This document shows positions 15,315 through 29,279 of a stretch of 64,000 bases of DNA, piece after piece; positions within the stretch are counted from its first letter, which is position 1, and every line of letters starts with the position of its first letter. The DNA is taken from positions 380,556,001 to 380,620,000 of the forward strand of contig OZ024740.1 of NCBI GenBank assembly GCA_964016885.1. Direction: 5' to 3'. The notes beneath the pieces are model-generated. The model was given only the letters and a program-made list of their open reading frames with translations, made no database searches and had not been told where the DNA came from. Source of the stretch: Eledone cirrhosa. Lineage: Eukaryota. Both the position numbers and the translations under genes were made by a program.

Positions 15315-15499
15315 TGTTTCTACTTTTGGCACAAGGCCATCAATTACCCAGTGCATTACTGGTACTTTATTTTATCGACCCCGTAAGGATGAAAGGCAAA
15401 GTTAACCTCGGTGGGATTTGAACTCAGACCGCAAAGGGACGTAACTATGCTGGAAAGCATGGCGTCCGACCCTCTACCGATACTGCCAAGCCACCACCT
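15315..15499 (-). mobile_element. SINE family A, young copy with a 19-bp TSD
   Basis: TSD ATACATGAGGTAAAATAAT at 15296-15314 and 15500-15518. Confidence 0.9.
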
Positions 15500-15728
15500 A
15501 TACATGAGGTAAAATAATAGTGAGGTTTAAGATGTTGAATTTCTGTCCATGTGGTTCTGTGCAAATAACACCAGCTATTACTTTGCTTGCTCCACTATTA
15601 TTTTACCTCATGTATAGGTGGTGGCTTGGCAGTATCGGTAGAGGGTCGGACGCCATGCTTTCCAGCATAGTTACGTCCCTTTGCGGTCTGAGTTCAAATC
15701 CCACCGAGGTTAACTTTGCCTTTCATCC
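15387..15728. repeat. 136-bp perfect inverted duplication (15387-15522 / 15593-15728), 70-bp spacer
   Basis: Arms are identical, including the SINE 5' part and its flanking TSD sequence. Confidence 0.92.
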
Positions 15729-18700
15729 ATAAGGTCACAAATGATTATTTTGAAGGGAAAATAGTTGATTGAATCATCATCATAACCATCATACATCTGT
15801 TTTTCCATACTGGCATGTGATGAACTAATCAACACCAGACTATGTCTGGCATTTATTTTATCTGAAAGGGATGAAATATAGAGTCAATGCTAGTTGAATT
15901 TTCTCCCAAAGTATGAAAAAACACAACTAAACAGTCTAGAGCTTGACCATTTATGTCAATATGGTGATTGAGATATTGAAATGTCTGGCTTTAAAATATT
16001 ACTTTATTGATTTGAATAAATACGATCCTGGTTGAAAACCAGGCCTAAAGCACTTACAGATCAATGAAAGTGTTGAGCATTATTCCATATATCAAAAATA
16101 AATAATTTATGTATCACCATATTAACTTAGTTTACAGTTTACTCACTGCAATCTTGCATTATATCATTTAAATGTAAAGTATCATGTAATTGATACTGAT
16201 ATTTTCTGCAACAAGGCCCAAGAGACATTACATTAGGTAATGTAAACCCTTAAACTACAAATAATTCTAGATGATACTCCAATTATTTCTGATTTGCACA
16301 TTTTTCAATATCTTTCCTGTAGCATAATAATTTGTCAATGACCAATGACAGATTTAAATAGAAAAATACTTCTATGGCAGTCTAGTGAGGTACGCTGTTG
16401 TTTAACCCTAGGTCAGTTCTGATTGAATAGATATATGAGCAAAGATACTCCAGCTATGAGCAGCCTGTCTTTTTTCACACATACATTATCCAATTTGTAC
16501 ATTATTTTTTAAAGTTTGTATGGACTGTTATTTCTAACAGGTCAAGAATGTATGTAGAGGTCAAAATGCTAAAAATACCTATGGTGGGTTTAAATTCAAA
16601 GCATACGAGATGGTATCCCAATAGCATAACCAGTAACTTGTTTCTATACCACTGATAAGATGTAAACTCAACTCTTCAGCAATTGTGAATTTGGCTTTTC
16701 TTTAGTTTCAAGTTTTACAATTTTACAACCAGTTTTCCTGTTAGCAATGGATGGGTTTGTTTTTCTTCTAGATGCTCCTACTGCTTATCCTTGGTAAATC
16801 TATAAAGTGGTTAACATTTTAATGGAAACAACATAAATTAAGGATGTCTTTTCAATCATGTCAAGAACCAGAGAGCCTCTCAATTGCTGGTATCCTAATA
16901 AAATACACACTGCAGATGTAAAACTGATTGTTGATGTTCATGATGATGATAACAATTAAGTTGTTGATGACATCACATGAAAGAATGAAAGCAAATATAA
17001 AAATTTAAGCACAAAATTCAGAAATATTTGCTCAGTATTTTTTCTTTAAAAAGGTTCTGTTAATATGGACTGATTATGTTAGTGTGTAAAGGAATGTTCG
17101 GATGCAGATATGTCTGGCTGGGAGGGAATGAGTCCATAAGTATAACAAGAATGTCAGAGATATAAGAAAGCAAATAGTCTAATATCTATGCAACATATTA
17201 AAGTGCTTAACTGATTAGACATGATCATGTGTTCAAATTTTACTATAATATTGTTGTGTCTGTAAACAAAACACATAGCTCATTGCAAGACTGACAACAC
17301 ATTCCATGTTATATTATAGCTTATATAGTTAAATAATGAGAACATCCAGTTATAAAACCAAATGCTCCAAAAATATGCAAATGTTCAAATAAATAAAAAA
17401 TCACATCCATGCTTATATATAAAAGTAACTGCAAAACAATTCAAAAAATGTGCATATGTATTACAAACATATTTTTATACACATGGACATAAAATCCACA
17501 TTCATACACACAGAAGTAATAAAACTTAAATTTAAAAAAACACACATATCTGAATTGAATATTTAGTATTGGTAACATGATACTAGTTAAGGTTACATGT
17601 TAAGCAGTATATACTAAAACAACTAGTATATAATGCATTCAGAAAATTTCACAGTAGCATTGTGTGCACATTTTTATAAATACCAAGATTTGAAAGTGCA
17701 AATTATTGTGAAAATTGATATATTGATCTATTTTGGGAGGGTCATATTGCCAATTAAAGCACATGGACTGGTTGAGTCTCACTTACTTTAATTTAAAGCA
17801 ACTCCCTATTTTATGTATGAGAGATGAGCAAAAATTCCAAACCCCCGTTTATAAACTGAGGTAGCTAATCAACAATTTATGTATAGATGGTGTGGTTTTG
17901 AAATTCTCATGAGTATAAAATATATTTATGAAATTTTAATATTTTGATGTTTTAACTGTTTAGAGCATAGTTTTTGATTCACAACTCTATATAATGAGTT
18001 TCCATCATGTTAATTTTTTACAAGTTTCTCAAATTTTTCTTTACTTCTGGCCACTCACATGCTAGGAGCACTTTGAAAACAAGATATCGAATAAGAGCAC
18101 TTTGTACAAGGATTCATAGAGTAGAAGGAAAAGAAATCAAGCAAGAGAGAGAAGAGGGGTAGCAAGAAGGGAGAGAGAGTAAGAGCAATAAAATGAAATA
18201 AGAAGTAAGATTGAAATCTTACATGAGATTGAAAGAAAAAGTAATATTAAGTAAGAAAAAAAAACGTGTATGTGCATGTAAATGTGTGGGATATTTATGT
18301 ATTAAAAAATTGAAATTATAAAAATGTGTTACAAATATTTTCAAGGGAATGCATAAATAACACGAATGGCGATGTAAATGTATAAAAATAGTGTTTCATT
18401 GTAAAATATTCACTCCAGATATTTTAGCACCTTATTTATGTAGGATTTGAAGTTGGTGAAAATCATCAAAATATTGAGCCTGAATATGAGAACAACCTCA
18501 CCTTTTACCATCATGTTTTGGTCATATATTCTTCAGCTTATATTCAAGTATATACAGTAAGTTCTATTTATACATTGGATAAATTAATTACAAATATCCT
18601 TTCACCACTGACAATGACCATATTGATGAGGAAGTCAAACAGAAAAGATGAAGTTTGGGTAAAGATACATAAAGAGCAATAGACATTTGGCTGTGATATG

Positions 18701-18849
18701 ATGGGAGGACTTTGACAATTAATTGATTGATTAATTATCTGAATAATGCAAATGTTTTGATTGTCAGTAAATACAAGATTTCATATCTAGAATCTTTCAA
18801 AATGAAACATATTGACCTTGCAAGAATTGATAACTATTACATGGATATA

Positions 18850-19640
18850 CAATCAACCGCTGAGTGCCTCAGGCCACGTGTTGGTATGAAAATCAATGCA
18901 GACAAAACAAAAATTGAATTCTCTGGCATCTCACCAGCTGAAATGGTGCTTGTTATATTCAATGGCAGAGATCTTGGAAGATAACAATCACTTCAAGTAG
19001 TTTGGTTCTTACCTTCATATCCACAAGCCAGGGCAAAAATGTGATAGATGTCTGCATCAACCAAGCTTGAAGAGCATTCTGTTGTCTTTAAAGCCAGCAT
19101 TGGTTTAGGTTGGACAAGCTATGAGCCACAAAAGTCTGCATCTAACAAATGTTCAATTGCACCATTTTGTATGACTGCAAGATGTGGCCAGCAAGAACAG
19201 TGAACTTAAGTAAGCTGAAAGTATTAGCCAATTTTGCCTTTGTGGAATCCTCTCTGCTCATGCATTGAATTTTGTATCAGACTCCAATGATCATGGTTGT
19301 TACTGGATTGATTCTCTTCAACAGCTTTGGGTCAAAATGAATCTCTGTTGAGTTGGTCATGCATTCTGTTATACTCAAGTCTGAATGCTGCCTACAGAAG
19401 TGACTCCAATAAATAACCACATAACATAAAAAAGAAAGTGGTATCCATCTTTATGTAGGCAGGATCAAGCAAAGAAGAATATGAGGATGGGAGGATTAGC
19501 ATCAAGGGCAGTGGGAATCTAACAGACCACAAGCTACCTCTAGTTTGGAGGAAGTGTAATACAAGCATCTGGAGAAAGAAGTGCTGAGGTCTGCCCATTC
19601 ACTGCGCTGTTGCCTATTCCTAAGGGAAATTGTCAATACT
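18850..19640 (+). mobile_element. Decayed RTE-like LINE 3' fragment
   Basis: VGMKINADKTK followed by a HFK*FGS (FKYLGS) remnant. Confidence 0.55.
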
Positions 19641-21039
19641 AAAATAAGATTTGAAATTTTCTTTCCACCCATTAAATCATTATGACAGTACAATTAAAAT
19701 TCTTGTACTTACTTATAAATACATGATGTTTCAATATCAATAGCCTTAACCCAAATATAAGATATAATATGCACACACATAAAAAGAATATGTACTTATG
19801 TACCTATGAACATTGACTTAGATAACCCTTGCTAACAATACTAAAAAAGAACACCTAAAACAACATTAACAAAAATGTCATGTCAATGAAAAGAGAAGCA
19901 ATCAAGTTTTAAATAAAACTAATGAAAGAAAACAAAGACTCCAGCTGACCAGATTGATAAGATGTCAAATATAGTGGTCAGAGGCAGAACAGTCTCATCA
20001 TCAGGAATGCCAATAAACAACTAGCTAGCTCAGTTAATAAGTACACCATATATTTAAAACAGCCTGGCTATAACCCAGGAGTATTCTTTTATTCTTTTAC
20101 TAGCTTCAGTTTTTTTTTTATGTGGCCATGCTAGAGCACTACCATCAAGGATAGAGTTAATTTTGTAAACTCATGTATTCATCAAATGATAAAAGCAATG
20201 TGAACCTGCACAGTATTTGAATCCAAAATATAAAGGGATGTGACCAAATACTATAATATTTTTCCTTTGTGTTAGTGATTCTCCCAGAAGTACAATATAT
20301 TATTGACTAATATTTCCTTTGCATTCAAGGCCAGGGTCAAGTCCAATGAACCTGGAGTAGTTTTTTAATGAGCTACAAGGAGAAGACACAAGAGAAAGCA
20401 GTTCAAATTGATCAACAAAGAGCAGGCAATGAAAAAGCTGTAAATGATTCATCTGTATTTGACAGGGAAAGCAGTAGTTACTAAGTGATCCACCAGGACT
20501 TCAATCTACCTATGATGCAATGGTTTACTTTTTAACCCTTTTGATATTAAACTGCACCAATTTCAATAATACAAAACTATTCTTAAGGGTTTCTATTTAT
20601 CTAAAAACTTTTCATAATATTTTTATGTAAAAAAACTTTGTTAAATTATACACCAAACATCAAATTAATAATAAGGTTATTTTATCAAATCCCTCTAAAT
20701 TCTTAATTATTTTCAAAATTAATTGAAAATCATGGGCAGTGTCTTTCAATAGAAATATGGTAATGAAAGAGTTAAATATAAACACAAAAAAGGAAGAAAA
20801 CAACCTATTAACTAAGAACATGAGGAAATAAGAAATAGTGCACAAAGATAAATGTCTAATATTCTAGATCATTTAGATATCACATGAGCAGATTCAGTTT
20901 GTAACCGAATAACTTGCTAATTTACAACTAGTTTACTATTTTTTTCCTGAGTCATTTACTTAACTGTTTGTTTTTGTTTAAATGTCTATATAATATCTAC
21001 TTTATTTTTACTATTTTAAATTCGTTTTTATGTGCAGTA

Positions 21040-21331
21040 TGTTTCCTTGGGCAAGACAATTTATTTCACATTGCTCCAGTTTACTCAGCTGTAGAAATGA
21101 GATGATAGGACTGGGGCCCCTATCATTCCACTGCAAAGTGGTCGTGGAGGTGCCACAGCAAAAAAGCACCCAACCCACACTGTAAAGTGGACGTGTAGGC
21201 GCCACGGAAAAAAACACCCAGCATTCACTGTAAATGAGGTTGGTGTTAGGAAGGGCATCCAGCTGTAGAAATCAAGCCAGAATCAGTTCCCGTCCCACCC
21301 TTGCAAGCAGGGAAAAGCGGACGTAAAATGA
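21040..21331 (+). mobile_element. 5'-truncated copy of the SINE at 6695-6997, with one extra internal repeat unit
   Basis: Direct sequence identity over ~240 bp. Confidence 0.7.
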
Positions 21332-24300
21332 TTATATTATATATATGTTACTTTGTTTTTGCAGTTGAATTCTCAACTGTAAAAGGTGCAGATGCTTTTT
21401 TTTGTTTTTTGGGGGGGTGGGTGTGTGTGTGGGTGGGGTGGGGGGGGTTCCTTTACTATATAATTTTTATAAACCAATGTTAATAGAAATATCTGCTTTA
21501 CTCTTCAGTACAACACAACTGTAGTTAACTATAGCTTTTCTGGAGCCTAAAGGCCCATGAAGCTGGAGTCTATCCTAGTTTTATGTGGCATTAAACAAAT
21601 GAGAGCACAAGTCTTCTCTTGTGGCCGCCAATACATCACAAGGTTAACCCCCAGCTGCAGCTGCTTATACTCATTTTTTCAGTTGAGTGGATAGAAGCAA
21701 TATGAAATGAAATGCCTTGTTCAAGGAAACAACACACCAGTGAACCCCATAATATTAACTATTAGGCCACATGCTTTCATTTTAGTTTTTCTTTGTAAAG
21801 TAGAATGTTAGCTTAATGTGATCTTAAAATTCTGGTGAAACAAAATAGTACAAAAGAACTTTATATGAAAACTGAATTGTATCTGAACTGTAGAGAAAAG
21901 CTGAGCTAAGTGAGTTATGGCAATGCAAGTTGTTTAGCTCCTAAATCATCCCTCATCGAGCAGATCTACGTTCCAAAGAATTCTATGTGTGACCTATCAT
22001 TGTTTAGTCAGTACATCTAGGACATTACCTATTGTGCAACAAATAATTCTTTTCTCTTTATGTCTTGTGAATAGACCACCACCATAACTCAGGACAAGAC
22101 AAAATCCCAAACATACACACAAAACAGTAGGAGCCTGACAAAAATCACTGCATTCACCAATATCAACAACTACTCAGACCAATACTGACAAATTCTGAAC
22201 TTTATAATTTTAAAGCCTAACAAAAACCCAAGTGGAGTAACATCACACAGACTCATCACCCTCATGAATAAATTCACTTATCCACACACCACCTCTCTAA
22301 ATTACAGCATAGATTCAAACCAACATTGCACTTAAACCTAACAGAAAATATATGATGATTTCAACAACAAAAACCTCACACATATACCAATCTAACTACC
22401 ATTGACATCAGCAAAGTTTTCAACTCCAGTCCTCACTAACCACTTATACAAAAAAGAATACTTCAATCACCTTAAGACAAAATACAAAACACTGGCTAGC
22501 AAATGACTGTTAGCCCATGAAGCCTCTGTAAGGTGCAATAACATTTCTAGAATCTGTAATTTCCTATTCCACTTTTACCAACACAGCCTTCCCACACCAT
22601 CGTAAAATATACAGATTACATAATATTCATCCTGCCATTTTGCATACACTGCTGCACAAGAACTCCAACACTATTTAAATCACTTAAAAACCTGTCTCCA
22701 TAGCATCCTTTAACCCTTTAGCATTTAAACCAGTCGTATCTGGCCAGAATTCTCTGAGCTCTTTCTGTTCAAACTGACCATAATTGGCTGCTCATACTTA
22801 TGTTAAGGTATTGTTCTCAAAATAAATAATATAAAAATCTCTTAGATTCGATATTATGTGACGTAAAGCCTTTACTGCAAAAGTACAATAGTAAATATAG
22901 AGTAATGTAAATGGTTAAGTAGCATCTACTGAACCCATTGTCACCCATCTTACAAGCAATGCCAGAGATTATTAAATAAAACCAGTCATTATACTCAACA
23001 ACAGTAAACAACAGGTGTTTTAAGAAGCAGAGATTAGCTATGCCCAGCCCCAAGACAAGCTTCAGCACTTTTCCCTATCATCTGCATCACTTTCACCAAC
23101 CTCCTGGCTTTCATTTCCTCCATCACTTTTAGTATGTCTTTATTGGCCTTCCCCTTCAACATTCATTTTCGTCACTTCTCTCACCCAATCACTGTCATCC
23201 TTCCTCAGCACATGACCCAGCCATCTCATTCCATTTCTCTTCACAACATTCAACATTGTCTATTCCCATCATTGTCTGAAATTCATTGTTTGTTTTCCTC
23301 TATCAACAATGCTACACTCATCCACCAGACCATTCTCATTTCCATTCATTCCAGCCTTCTCTGTTGCTCCATGTTCATCACACGTCTCACTCCCATAAAT
23401 CATGCACTTCTCACACATGCAGCATATAGCTTTTCTTTCAGTTTCAATGACATTTACCTCCTCATTAGCACACCTCTCAGTTCCCGGAAATTCAACTATA
23501 CACATCTCACTCTAGATAGTGCCACAGTCTGATCCACATACGCAAAATACATAGTATAAAGAAAGCAAAAAATGCACAAACATACTATAACCACAGGTCC
23601 CACTTTTGACCAATATAAAAAAATAATGGTGTACAAACAGTGCATTAGATCCACCATGGATTGTGTCAGTCCTGTCTGGATCCCTAGTTTCTACATAAAC
23701 TACAGGGATCACAAAACGGTGCATTACACATCATAATATAGTTTGCCCACATGGCACACCCACAAAGATGAGAGACCAGTTTGGTATCCAAACACACAGA
23801 CACTCATACATCCCATAAAATACTGTAACTCAAAAGCAGACAAGTATAAGCAACACACAAAATAACTACATTATCTGCTAACAGTGTTAGAATGCACACA
23901 ACCTATATCTTCAGGGAGAAGCAGTGACTCAGTGACTGTCATGTTTCAACCCTGTCCAACTTGCACATCTTGGCTGTAGTCATCATTAAAACCAATGAGT
24001 ATAATAATAATAAGGAAATTATTGTGTACAGTGTTCAGGTGCACTACAACTCATCAAAGGTGCATGTATAGTACATAGAATAATGTACAAATGTCAGAAA
24101 AATGAAATACATGTGTGCGTGTGTATGGAGGGGGGATATCAGGTATAGTGTTGGCGAACCTCAGGAAGCATGGCAGTTTTAAAGGATGCAGTATAGAGGA
24201 ATAAACTGGACTATAGACAGAGTGCAATGTGTTCACTGCTATGCTGTACACAGTTCAGCAGTGCATACTGGAACATTAGTATGAAGTATTTGGGAAGAAA

Positions 24301-25589
24301 CTGTGGGTTAGGTTTCATCATTCAGCTGATGACCTGTGTGCCATGACTGCTTGGTCACAGCTGACCGGTGTTAACATAACATCTCTCTTCGAGTCATCTT
24401 GGGAGCCACTACATGGTCTCTTGACAAGTTAGAAAAAGCAGTCAAATTTCCTTCAAATCACATCCCATTGTTGTTGTTTTTTTAAGGGGAAGGACACAAT
24501 GGACAATGTAACCCCTGATAAACAAAAGATAGGATGGTCACAATTAGAATATCTTTGAGTACAGGTCTGCTTGATCAGAGCTGACTTGGGACTAAACAAT
24601 AATTTCTCACTTTTTTCAACTGTGTGCCTCAACCATCTGATACAACGTTAAGCAATTTACCCAATAATTTTTCTCCAGAGTTTCAAACCTCTCAACTTCT
24701 TCAGCCTCTGTCTCTCCATGGCCTGTAAAGCTACTCCTATTCCTCAGGCCATTTGTTAAATAACATAAATGCAGTGAAATCTATAGGAAAGCAAGAGTTT
24801 TTATTCCCACTACTTCTAGACCTGTTAGAAGTAGCAGCGAAATCGCCCTTACATCACATTCCACTGTATAAGAGAAGGGAACTAGCACATTGGCTATTGC
24901 CAAAATAAAAATAAAATGCCTTTCATCAAAGATTTGTTCGATCGGGGCTGACAGATACTAAAACAACAACCTGCTTCAGTTAACAAGGAAGCTTCTGCAT
25001 ATATAATCTGCTAAAAATAGCAGTCAAATCTCTTAAATCTCGCCTTGCCAACTAAAATATATAAGATTTTACAGTACACTCTTCTAAGAGAATAATTTGG
25101 AAAATTTGATATACATATGAGGGATGGTCACAACTGGGACGTCTTTCAGCATAGGTCTCCTCGATGCGAGCTATACAATGATATTCTTCACAGCACAGAA
25201 TCTATATATTATTTACGTTATACACGAGAATTAAGAAATAGGTAGTTGTTGCATTCATGCCTTTTCCAAGGACATTAATGACAATGGGAAAGCTCCTTGT
25301 AGTAATCGAAACTCACAAGCAGGCTCGCTATACTGCAAATCAATTACCAAACTACAACGCCCACCACTCAGCTCATAGTAATTAGTTTCTAATACCGAAA
25401 CAAAGAATGAAATCTACGAGAAAATGCAAATGAGATTATGGGACATTCGTGCCTTTTTCTAGACCCAAGTCAAGAGTGAAATACTCGCCCACTGTACAAA
25501 CAAGAGGGGGAAAAGCTAATACATGTAGAGTATATTTATTCGAAGTTAAGATGTTCACTATCACTTTTCTTTACCTATTCTTCAAGGCG

Positions 25590-25645
<56 letters not shown>

Positions 25646-26924
25646 TATGTTTAATGTTTTTCCTGATTATACATAGTTACTGAACTGGAATACAATAGGT
25701 TGTGCAGTGGAATGAACTGAACATATATCGAACTAGCTGATTGGCACCAAATCGACTGTTTTTATAGTTTGGTAATTCGTATTATATAAGTTGAAATGAC
25801 CATTTCTTCCATATATCTTTTCGATAGATTCAAGAGAAAGATATCTTTCACCAAATCGAATTATACACACATACACACACCACGCCAAGGTACACATAAA
25901 CGCGCGTACACAAATTCTTTAAATATTAGAAATGTGAAATCATTTCGTAGACAAATGTCTAAGTCTACGTTAAAATCAAAATCAAGAGAAGAGCGTGACC
26001 ATTCTTAGAATTAATATATATATATATATATACATACATATATATATATACAAAAACTGCAGCTACATATCAAATCGAGGAATAATAATAAACAAAAGAA
26101 AACAGTATATATCACCAGCTGATATAATAGGAGGATTCTGAAATAATTGTTACGTGTGTAACGCAATGTCTCGTATATTTCTACATTTATAACTTAAACA
26201 CACATACACTCTTGCCCATCTGACAATTAGTTTGGTCAATAAGTTGTAGGTCATGTAGAATAATAACGTTATTGGTAGATTTCTTTTGCGGAAAACTATA
26301 ACGGGTCAAATTACAGACAACAACAAAGATAAGGAAAAATAAAAGATTAAAATCCCAATGCCAAGTTTATGGAGACTTGTTGTCATTAATAATACTGAAA
26401 CCTTATTCTCAACATTAATATAGTACTTTAGAATTAGTTACGGAACCGAAGATTCTCGAATAGGATGGTTTTAATAATATATATGAATAGTTCGTGAATT
26501 AGACAAGCAGAATATTCAGACAGTGCGCATATATTCCAAAAGATGTTATTATACCATAAATATAGTACGCAAATGGTTACTTAGTTAAACCTAAGCAAAG
26601 CAGGAAATAAACTATTAGCCTATCTTCTACATTAGTAGATACAAACATAAAGACAGGATGGAAGTGAAAATAAATTGAAAACAATAATATTAATAATGTT
26701 TAAATTTTCTATCAATTCATTTCGAAGTTAACGGACGAAGTTATAAAGAAAAATAAACAGAAAAGTAAATATTATCATTTGGAAATATAATCTAAAAGAA
26801 AGTTTTATTATGAAAATTGTCAAGTATCCACCCCTCGTTGCAGTATTTGAGCAAGAGCTGGAATTTAGAACCAAGTTAACATCTCCCGAAGTTAATACAA
26901 TAAAAGACTAGTTTGTCAACGTAC

Positions 26925-26991
26925 CCTGATCTTGATTCCATCCAGCAAACAGCAGTTGGTTGCCGTACGTATTACACGACGACAAATTCAT
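26925..26991 (-). CDS. WDR45B: WD repeat domain phosphoinositide-interacting protein 3 (WIPI3/WDR45B), coding exon 1
   Basis: ATG at 26991 reads MNLSSCNTYGNQLLFAGWNQDQ-G (22 codons +1 nt), then a GTACGT donor. It resembles the WDR45B N-terminus ([23 protein letters not shown], recalled) and splices in frame to the next two exons. Confidence 0.93.
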
Positions 26992-27153
26992 GATTAACAA
27001 ACATACAGAGTACACAGTATAGTTGTTAGTTTTTATTCCGAAGTATCTGCTATACTCAAAGACTGTCTGTACGTGAGTGTACACATATGTATATGTGTAT
27101 ATATGTGTTTTTCTTTTACGTGTGGTAATATACAAGTGTTGAGATGCTCAGGT

Positions 27154-27192
27154 CACTTCCGGTTCTGTTGAGGCATCATGGGAACCGGTAGT
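27154..27192 (-). promoter_or_regulatory. Putative WDR45B core promoter: ETS/GABP site plus ZNF143/THAP11-like site
   Basis: CACTTCCGG at 27154-27162 (CCGGAAGTG on the minus strand). ACTACCGGTTCCCATGATGC on the minus strand at 27173-27192 resembles the ACTACAnnTCCCAnnATGC motif. Both lie ~165-200 bp upstream of the ATG. Confidence 0.65.
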
Positions 27193-28324
27193 TGCAGCTG
27201 GCTGTAATTTTCATTCTGTTGTTATTCTTTTTCATTAATATCTTTCTAATGCTCTTAGTACTACATCCAATTATCCATATATATTTTTTTCGCAATACTT
27301 CACGGTTTCTTTTTTCTTACACGTGCTCCACTTATTTTGGTGACCACTTAACTCATTATATTATTAATATTGTCTTAAAGATGAAGATATATAACTAATT
27401 TGACGAATTATTGCAAGCAGAGACAACGAACGAAAGTCCATTCGTTTACATAATCGCTCAACCTGCTAGAAATAGCAGCCAAATTTCTTTGAATTTTAAA
27501 TTACACTACCATCTTTTAAAAAAAGGACACAAAATACCTTTTGTTTTTAATTACCGTGATTTACGTTCTATGTTCAAATTCAATCGATGTCAATCTTGCC
27601 ATTCATTCTTCCATAATCGATAAAATAATGTACTAGTCAAGTACCTCAGCTGATTTATATTTTTATAATGCTTTCTAGATATGAATGTAATCCCAGTGGT
27701 CTGCTAAATTAGGGCTGACTCTATGTTGAACAACAACAATAACCCTGTTAATGATTACCAACATTTACTGAAAAGTTGTAAGTAAATGGCTCTTTACTCC
27801 TGGTAAATGTTGTAAGTAAATGGCTCTTTACTCCTGGCGGAGGTCGTAGGGGCGCTGTTTTGACTCACGGGATGTCTAAGGCATTTTAAATATGATAGAG
27901 GCCATCCCTCTCCGGGTTTGGCTGCAGCCGATTTCTTCTAGATAAGGGAGTGGGGAGAATCGATCCCAGTGCTTAACTAGTACTTTCTTTATCAACCTCG
28001 AAATGATGAAAGGCAAAGTTGACCTCTGCGAGATTTGAACTCGGTGCACAGTGAACCGGAATAAATTCCGTTACATTTTTAATCCGACGCTGTATAAATT
28101 TACAAATGTTTAAAGAATTTTGACTTCGATGTGTACATATGCGATTTGGTGGTCATTTAGTTACACACTAATATTTGACCAACCATTCTTTATTCCCATG
28201 TTAACTCTGGCTGAGTACATCTATTATCAAAAGCAAATGCATTTAATCGTGGCCATCCTATTTCTTTTTTATTTTTTATTTTTGTATATCTCGAAGTACC
28301 TTATCCAATGACTCCTTTCTTGTT

Positions 28325-28750
28325 TTTTGGTATAATTTGATGGTATTTGGCTGCTATTTCTAGCAGATCAAGCAAATGCGTAACTTTCTCGTCATCGTAT
28401 CGACTACATTATTCAATATCTTTTTTTTAAGATGGTAAGGGTTAATTTAAGGAGTATTTGGCGGCTATTTTTTGCAGGTCGAACTAACGCGTGTATGCTT
28501 CCTCGTTGACATTGTATCTACTAGGTCATCCGATTTGTTCCTTTTTTAAATGACGGTAGTGTTTGATTGTAAAGATATTTGGCTGCTCTCTCTAGCAGGT
28601 CGGGCGAACACGTGGAGGCTTCCTGGTTGACACCGTATTTACAGTATCGAATGTGTTTCTTATCTAATGCATTTCTTTTTTTTTTTTTTTGAAGTGTAGG
28701 GTCTTATTTGAGGGGTATTTGGTTGCTATTTCTTAAAGGTCGTGAGGTCT
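28325..28750 (+). repeat. Four degenerate ~110-140-bp tandem units (TATTTGGCTGCTATTTCTAGCAGGTC core) of a dispersed repeat
   Basis: Core at ~28344, ~28455, ~28576 and ~28716; the same core is dispersed at ~24430, ~32160 and ~59690. Confidence 0.65.
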
Positions 28751-29279
28751 CGTTTAACTTGCCCAGGTTCGTACATTTACTTTTTAATAATAAGACATTA
28801 CGCTTTACCATCTGAAATTTCAACTTGATTTTCGGTTAGATCTTTCAATAATTTCAACGCAGGGCATTATCGTGCTCTGGTCCATGAAATCCCTGGACCA
28901 CTGAATCAGGTGTGTACAAAACGGAGGTGCAACTTATTCAGCCTATCATTTCAGTCTAAAAATAGTATGTTCAACATTCTCTTTTATTGCTAATCAGTAA
29001 TATTATTGATTTTATTTTTTCAAGTAGAGATGATTATAGTCGAGATTCGAATTCTTTTTCTTCTGCATTAAAATTTCTAATGGGATTTTCTTTTAGAGAG
29101 AGTACAAATCGGGTAATATTGATGTAACGGCAGTGTACTCTTAACACATGTGAAACTTAATAAATCATCGAAGTCCCACGGTTAGAATGGAACTTGTCCC
29201 ATACTAGCCTTCGCCGTCTTGGTACAAATCGATAAGGCACGCCGATGAAGCGAAAACACTTAATCGGCATGATGTAGAG

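Noticed and set aside
19935-20010. Minus-strand CUGAUGA followed by nested helices
   Set aside because: No GAAA box or cleavage triplet follows.
21301-21483. ORF containing VEFSTVKG, resembling WIPI3 exon 4 (EFSTEVK)
   Set aside because: Wrong strand and position relative to exons 1-3; match too short.
29241-29268. CCGATGA-AGC-GAAA resembling a minimal hammerhead
   Set aside because: Core U4 is missing and the core is sequestered in a simple GCCGAT/ATCGGC hairpin.
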